Positions 58,352-64,000 of a stretch of DNA of 64,000 nucleotides are shown piece by piece. Below the pieces are notes generated by a model. That model saw only the letters and a list, made by a program, of their open reading frames with translations, was not told the origin of the DNA and did not search any database. This DNA is from an uncultured delta proteobacterium (GTDB lineage Bacteria > Myxococcota_A > Polyangia > Polyangiales > B10-G4). How positions within the stretch are numbered: position 1 is the stretch's first letter; the number at the start of each line of letters is the position of its first letter. The DNA is taken from positions 18,227 through 82,226 of the forward strand of contig CAVSGI010000001.1 in assembly GCA_963727445.1 (NCBI GenBank). Direction: 5' to 3'. The translations under genes were made by a program, and so were the position numbers.

Positions 58352-61300
58352 ATGAGTGAGTCGACGCAGAACGGAAGCGAGTTCTGGGACGATCTGGCCA
58401 GCATCGTCGATGGGGACGAGGAGATGATCGCGAAGCACGCGGAGCTCCTCGGCACGTCGGACGAGTACCGCGACGCGCGCTTCGAGGCGCAGGGCGTGGC
58501 GAAGGCCGTGAACGACGCGGGGGCGGACTACCAGCACCCGGAGGACTTCGAGGCGCGCCTGATGGCGGCCCTCGACGAGGGCGCCGATGGGCCAATGGAC
58601 GAGGCGGCTCAGTCGGGCGACACGCTCCCCGCGGGAAGCATGGACGTGAACGCGGCGCTCGCCGCGGCCAATGTGTCCGCCGACAGGTCGCGGCTGCCGG
58701 AGAAGTCGGCGCCGGGCACGACCGATCACGAGCGGCGCATGCCGCCCGAGCGGAAGAAGGCCCAGCCCTCCGAAGAGGACGAGAAGAAGGGCGGCGCGAA
58801 GATCCTGATCTTCGGCGGCCTCGCGATGGCCGCGCTGGCGCTCCTCGGAGTGCTCGGCGTCGGGGGCTACGCGCTCTTCGGCGGCGAAGGCACCGGAGAC
58901 GAGCAGCCCGAGCTGGCCATGGTGGGCACGCTCTCGGCGCGCGCGCTCCGGATCGAGCGTGCGGCCGACGACGGACAGAACGGGGTGACCTTCACCCTGC
59001 CCGGCGGCGCGGCGACGCCCCTCGCCGCGGGAGGCGAGGTGCCGGCCGGCGCGGTGATCACCACCGACGAGCGCACTCGCATCCAGCTCGAGCTCTCCGA
59101 CGGCTCGCGGGTGAGCCTGAATCACGCGACGACCTTCGCTCTCTCGGGTGAAGGCGCGCGGCAGGTCGAGCTCCGCGAAGGCGAGCTGGTCGCCGACGTG
59201 GCCCACCTCGAGCAGGGTCCGCAGGCGATCTACGCGACGCCCACCGGGCGCATCGAGGTGCTCGGGACGAAGTTCGTCCTGACCGCGACTCAGGATCTGT
59301 CGAGCGTTCGCGTCGCGCGCGGCGCCGTTCGGGCGCACTCCGCCCTCGGCGAATCGGTCGAGGTGAAGGCAGGCCAGGAGGGCATCGTGCCGAAGAGCGC
59401 GGGCCCGAGCGTCGCGCCGGCGATGCAGCTCGCCGCCGACGTGGCGTGGTCCGAGCTCGACGGTGAGGATGGTCCAACCGAGCGCGGCGTCCGCGGCCTC
59501 GGCGAGCTCCGGGCGCGCCGTCCGGGCGAGCGCGACGATCGCGAGCGCCCCCTCACCCTCTCCTTCCACCGCTCGACCGTGCGCATCGTCGGCAACGTCG
59601 CGCGCACCGAGATCGAGGAGGTCTTCCGCAACGACGGCAACCAGGTCCTCGAGGGCATCTACCGCTTCCCGCTCCCTCCCGACGCGCAGATCGCCTCGCT
59701 TCAACTCGAGGTCGACGGCGAGTGGGAAGAGGGAGCCTTCGTCGAGCGCGACCGCGCGGCTCAGATCTGGCGCGGAGTGATCCGCAACGCGACCCCGCAG
59801 CGCCAGCGCCGTGAGCGCGAGGAGTTCATCTGGGTGCCCGGCCCCTGGCGCGACCCGGCCCTCCTCGAGTGGCAGCGCGGCGGGCGCTTCGAGCTCAAGA
59901 TCTTCCCGATCCCCGCCCACGGCGAGCGCCGCATGCGCATCGCCTACACCCAGACCCTCGCCCCTCACGGCCGAACGGCGCGCCGCTACGTGCACCCGCT
60001 GCCCTTCTCGCCGGACGAGTCCACCCGCGTGGGCCGCTTCGAGCTGGACGTGCGCGTCGCCGGCCACGAGGGCGACGTTCGCCCCCACGGCTACGAGCTG
60101 ACCCAAGAGCCGCAGGACGGCGGCACCCAGCTCAACTACGTCGCCGACGATTTCCTGGCGAAGGGCGATCTGATCATCGACTACGACATGCAGAACGCCG
60201 ACTCGGAGATCCGCTGGTGGACTTACAAGGGCGACGCCACGGCGCACGCGCCGGAGCACACCCGCGAGGTCAGCGAGGACATCCTCTCCGCGCACCGCGC
60301 TCTCGATCAGGACGATCGCGGCTATGCGGTCTTCGCCATCCGCCCGGACCTGCCGGCGTGGACCGAGAGCGAGAGCCGCGACTACGTGCTGGTCGTCGAC
60401 TCGAGCCAGTCGATGATCGGAGAGCGCTACGACCGCGCGACCGAGCTCACCCGGCGCCTCGTCGGCGAGATGGATCGCCGCGACCGCTTCATGCTCGTCG
60501 CCTGCGACGCCACCTGCCGCGCGATGGACAACGCCCCCCAGGCGCCGACCGCGCAGACGGCGGAGCGCGCCGCGACCTTCCTCTCGGGGATCCGCCCGGC
60601 GGGCGCCTCGGACGTGTCCCTCGCGATGCGTGAGGCCGTCGACGTCATCCGTGAAAAGCGCGAGGCGGGCCGCGCCGTGCGCGTGATCTACATCGGCGAC
60701 GGCGTCGCCTCGGTGGGTCACCGCCGCGCCGCCAGCCTCTCGTCGGAGGTCGAACACCTGGCCGCGGGCGACCCGCAGCTCTCCTTCACCACCGTCGGCA
60801 TTGGCGGCGACTCGGACGCGATGAACCTCTCGGCCATCGCGCGCGCCGGCGGCGGGCACTACGTGCCCTACGTCCCCGGCCAGTCGGTGAGCACCGCGGC
60901 CCTCGCGGTCCTCGAGACGACCTACGGGACCTCGCTCACCAACGCCACCGTGCGCATGCCCGACGGCGTGAGCGACATCGCCCCCGCGCGCCTGCCGACG
61001 ATCCGCGCCGGCGAGGAGCTGCTGGTGGTGGGCCGCCTGAACCAGGACGAGGTCCGCGGCGAGATCGTGCTCACCGGCAAGGTCGGCGGGCGTCCCTTCG
61101 AGGACCGCTACCCCGTCACCCTCACCGCCTCGACCGCGCGCGGCAACGCCTTCGTCCCGCGACAGTGGGCGTCGGCCACCATCGACGAGCTCCAGCTCGA
61201 GGGCAAGGGCGAGGACGTCCCGCGCATCATCGCGCTGTCCAAGGCCTTCGGCGTGATGAGCCGCCACACCTCGCTGCTCGTTCTCGAGAGCGAAGCCATG

Positions 61301-62635
61301 TTCCGCGCCTTCGGCGTCGATCGGAACCAGCCCACCGTGCAGTGGACCGGTGACGAGATGATGGAGATGGGCGAGGGGGACGGCCTCGCGGACTACGCGG
61401 GGGCGGAGGTCTCGCAAGCACTCGGCGGCAACATCGCCGGGATGATGGGGAGCGGACGCGGCGCTGGGGGCTTCGCCGCGGGCGCCAGCGCAGCCGCCAG
61501 GCCGGCGGCGCACCGGTCCCTCCGCCGCGGCCCCATGCCCGCGGCCGAGCCGATGGCGTCCGAGGCGACCAGGACCAGGCGTGCCGCGGACATGGACGAT
61601 GCGCTGGCGGCGCCCGAGGCCGAAGCGCCCGCGCCTCCCCCGCGCGACATCCCCGCGCAACAGCAGCCCACCACCATCGCACCGCGCCGCCCGCCGCCCC
61701 GCGGTGGCCGCTGGATGCGGCGCGAGTGGTACCGCGTCGGATCGGTCGACGCCGATCCCGACTACCGCACCTCCTGGCGCGACCGCGTCACCACCGCCGA
61801 GGCCGCGCTTCGCGAGAGCCCCGACAGCCGCGACCGCCACCGCGACCTGGTCCGTGCCCTGACCCGCGTGGGCGAGCTGGAGCGCGCCCGCGAGGTGACC
61901 GAGGCGTGGATCGAGCGCGACCAGCTCGACCCCGAGGCGCTCATCTACCTGAGCGACATCGTGGGCCGCGAGGGCGACCGCGAGCAGGCGATGCGCTTGC
62001 TCTCCGGCATCGTCGACCTCGAGCCGGACGACCGCGTCCTGCACGAGCGCATGGCGAACGCCTTCGACCGGGCCGGGATGCCGGAGCGTGCCTGCGCGCA
62101 CAAGGTCTCCCTCGCGGAGATCCGCCCCGACGACGTCGAGGTCCAGGCCGAAGCGGTGCGCTGCGAGCGCGGCCTCAGCCGTCGCGACGCGGCGGACATG
62201 CTCCTCGGCGCGCTCGACGATGACGACGAGCGCCGTCGGGTGGAGGAAGAGGTCGCGCAGAACCACGCGCCCTCGCGCCCCCATGGCGAGATCATGCTCG
62301 ACGCGACCTGGAGCGGCTCCTCCGACGTCGACCTCAGCCTCATCACCCCGCAGGGCACGCGCATCTCCTGGATGGGCGGTCGCACCAACGTGGTGGGCGA
62401 GGACGGCTCACGCGTGGGGGCCGAGAAGCTCGGCCTCCGCCGCGCCGCTCCCGGCAGCTACATGATCGAGGTCAACCGCATCGACCCGGACGACCACGAC
62501 ACCATCACCGGCCGCATCGCGGTGCGGGCCGTCGACGGCCGCCGCACCATCCCCTTCACCCTCACCGGCGAGCGCGTCGTCATCGGACGCATCGACGTCC
62601 GCCGCGAGTCCCGCATGGTGCCCTCGATGCGTTGA
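58352..62635 (+). CDS. Putative anti-sigma/sensor fusion: N-terminal cytoplasmic domain-TM-FecR-VIT-vWA-TPR
   Basis: TM helix; LELSDGS.V.L..TPTGRIEVLGTKF (FecR); ARTEIEEVFRN..LEGIYRFPLP, DPALLEW (VIT); VVDSSQS, GASD, IGDG (vWA); TPR helices. Confidence 0.85.
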   Translation: MSESTQNGSEFWDDLASIVDGDEEMIAKHAELLGTSDEYRDARFEAQGVAKAVNDAGADYQHPEDFEARLMAALDEGADGPMDEAAQSGDTLPAGSMDVNAALAAANVSADRSRLPEKSAPGTTDHERRMPPERKKAQPSEEDEKKGGAKILIFGGLAMAALALLGVLGVGGYALFGGEGTGDEQPELAMVGTLSARALRIERAADDGQNGVTFTLPGGAATPLAAGGEVPAGAVITTDERTRIQLELSDGSRVSLNHATTFALSGEGARQVELREGELVADVAHLEQGPQAIYATPTGRIEVLGTKFVLTATQDLSSVRVARGAVRAHSALGESVEVKAGQEGIVPKSAGPSVAPAMQLAADVAWSELDGEDGPTERGVRGLGELRARRPGERDDRERPLTLSFHRSTVRIVGNVARTEIEEVFRNDGNQVLEGIYRFPLPPDAQIASLQLEVDGEWEEGAFVERDRAAQIWRGVIRNATPQRQRREREEFIWVPGPWRDPALLEWQRGGRFELKIFPIPAHGERRMRIAYTQTLAPHGRTARRYVHPLPFSPDESTRVGRFELDVRVAGHEGDVRPHGYELTQEPQDGGTQLNYVADDFLAKGDLIIDYDMQNADSEIRWWTYKGDATAHAPEHTREVSEDILSAHRALDQDDRGYAVFAIRPDLPAWTESESRDYVLVVDSSQSMIGERYDRATELTRRLVGEMDRRDRFMLVACDATCRAMDNAPQAPTAQTAERAATFLSGIRPAGASDVSLAMREAVDVIREKREAGRAVRVIYIGDGVASVGHRRAASLSSEVEHLAAGDPQLSFTTVGIGGDSDAMNLSAIARAGGGHYVPYVPGQSVSTAALAVLETTYGTSLTNATVRMPDGVSDIAPARLPTIRAGEELLVVGRLNQDEVRGEIVLTGKVGGRPFEDRYPVTLTASTARGNAFVPRQWASATIDELQLEGKGEDVPRIIALSKAFGVMSRHTSLLVLESEAMFRAFGVDRNQPTVQWTGDEMMEMGEGDGLADYAGAEVSQALGGNIAGMMGSGRGAGGFAAGASAAARPAAHRSLRRGPMPAAEPMASEATRTRRAADMDDALAAPEAEAPAPPPRDIPAQQQPTTIAPRRPPPRGGRWMRREWYRVGSVDADPDYRTSWRDRVTTAEAALRESPDSRDRHRDLVRALTRVGELERAREVTEAWIERDQLDPEALIYLSDIVGREGDREQAMRLLSGIVDLEPDDRVLHERMANAFDRAGMPERACAHKVSLAEIRPDDVEVQAEAVRCERGLSRRDAADMLLGALDDDDERRRVEEEVAQNHAPSRPHGEIMLDATWSGSSDVDLSLITPQGTRISWMGGRTNVVGEDGSRVGAEKLGLRRAAPGSYMIEVNRIDPDDHDTITGRIAVRAVDGRRTIPFTLTGERVVIGRIDVRRESRMVPSMR

Positions 62636-62675
62636 CCGACTCCAAGCATCCGTTCGCTTCGAACCATCACACCGA

Positions 62676-62710
62676 GAACGCCCACCGGAAACCACCGCCG
62701 GTGGGCGTTC
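62676..62710. terminator. Hairpin between convergent genes (probable terminator)
   Basis: 13-bp perfect stem GAACGCCCACCGG/CCGGTGGGCGTTC. Confidence 0.65.
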
Positions 62711-62782
62711 GTTTATCTCCAAGAAGGCTCGGCGACGTCGGCGCAGCAGAGGCGGCGCCGAGCCGGGAGTGCTGCTGGGCCG

Positions 62783-63742
62783 CTATTCCGCCGGCGCGAG
62801 GGGCGCGATGCCGGCCTCGCGCAGGAGCGCGCGGTCCTCGTCCACGTCGGGGTTGCCGGTCGTCAGGAGCTTCTCGCCGTAGAAAATGCTGTTGGCGCCC
62901 GCCATGAAGCAGAGGATCTGCGCCTCGCGGCTGAGGCTCTGTCGGCCGGCGGAGAGGCGCACGCGCGCCTCGGGCATCAGGATCCGGGCGGTCGCGATGG
63001 CGCGCACCAGCTCGAGAGGATCGATCGGCGGCCGATCTTCGAGGGGCGTCCCCTCGACCGGCACCAGGGCGTTGATCGGCACGCTGCCGGGCGGCGTCTC
63101 CAGATTCGCCAGCGTGGCGAGCATGGCGCAGCGGTCACCGATGGACTCGCCCATCCCGATGATGCCGCCGCAGCACACGCTGATCCCGTGCTTGGCCACG
63201 CGCTCGAGGGTCTGAAGGCGCTCGTCGTAGGTGCGGGTGGTGATGATCTCGCCGTAGAACTCACGGCTGGTATCGAGGTTGTGGTTGTAGGCGGTCAGGC
63301 CCGCCTCCGCGAGCTGCGCCGCCTGATCCTCGGTGAGCATCCCGAGGGTGGTGCACGCCTCGAGGCCGAGCGCGCGCACCCCGCGCACCATCTCCAGCAC
63401 CCGCTCGAAAGCGGGGCCCTCCTTGGCGTCGCGCCAGGCCGCGCCCATGCAGAAGCGGGTGGAACCCGCGTCACGGGCAGCCCGCGCCTTGCCGAGAACC
63501 TCCTCCACGGACAGGAAGCGCTCCGGCTCGACCTGCGGTGCGTGGTGCGAGGATTGAGGGCAGTACGCACAGTCCTCGGCGCAGCCCCCGGTCTTGATCG
63601 AGAGCAGAGTACAGAGCTGGACCTGGTCCTCGGGGTGGTGCGCCCGGTGCACCGTCTGCGCACGGTGCAGGAGCTCGAGGAGAGGCAGATCGTGGATCGC
63701 GCGGACTTCGGCGACCGTCACCTTGGCGGGCATTTCGGACAT
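62783..63742 (-). CDS. bioB: Biotin synthase
   Basis: [64 protein letters not shown]. Confidence 0.97.
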   Translation of the reverse strand: MSEMPAKVTVAEVRAIHDLPLLELLHRAQTVHRAHHPEDQVQLCTLLSIKTGGCAEDCAYCPQSSHHAPQVEPERFLSVEEVLGKARAARDAGSTRFCMGAAWRDAKEGPAFERVLEMVRGVRALGLEACTTLGMLTEDQAAQLAEAGLTAYNHNLDTSREFYGEIITTRTYDERLQTLERVAKHGISVCCGGIIGMGESIGDRCAMLATLANLETPPGSVPINALVPVEGTPLEDRPPIDPLELVRAIATARILMPEARVRLSAGRQSLSREAQILCFMAGANSIFYGEKLLTTGNPDVDEDRALLREAGIAPLAPAE

Positions 63743-64000
63743 CGCCGGACCGTGTAGCGCGCGGGGTGGGCGGGAGGCAAGGCGCCTGGGTGGGCGGGGA
63801 CGACCGCTTCGCGTCGGCGGCCCCCCGCTCCGCCACTGCTCCGCCGTCTCCTCAACGCTTGACCCCTACACTGGGGCGAAAGACCCTGTGTGCTCCGTGG
63901 CCGCCCCCGCTCAACCCACTTCCGACCAGCCTTCGGCGGGATCGCGCGGCGAGACGGCGGAAACCCGCGGAGGGTCGGCGCCCCTCCCCAACCCGGGGCC

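Noticed and set aside
63760..64000. GC-rich stems upstream of bioB as a riboswitch
   Set aside because: No match to an aptamer consensus I can recognise; truncated by the window edge

Overview
High-GC bacterial DNA that looks myxobacterial (Polyangia/Sandaracinaceae-like), judged from its many Cys-rich lipoproteins with 'CGDD..DAG' linkers, TPR proteins, a Ser/Thr kinase and an ECF sigma factor. The best-supported system is a four-part retron at 9603-14528: a helical ARM-like protein, a winged-helix/SWIM Zn-finger protein, a compact ~156-nt ncRNA closed by a 20-bp stem, and a retron-type reverse transcriptase. This matches the type XIII retron layout, with variant RT motifs (AAEAH, VCG). Other notable regions: (1) a Cys-rich lipoprotein island at 1.9-5.9 kb with a (CTGT)8.5 microsatellite that could switch reading frame, a duplicated gene cassette, and an IS3-family remnant inserted in the duplicate's start; (2) a decayed IS5 element carrying a ~240-nt highly structured non-coding segment; (3) a lipid cluster (SPT-like PLP enzyme, KS plus CLF-like KS, FAAL, two ACPs, thioesterase) full of indels that are probably assembly errors; (4) a standalone C-A(Ser)-PCP-TE NRPS with a Cys-nucleophile TE; (5) an ECF sigma factor followed by a FecR-VIT-vWA-TPR fusion protein. 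All calls come from motifs read by eye; no searches were run.
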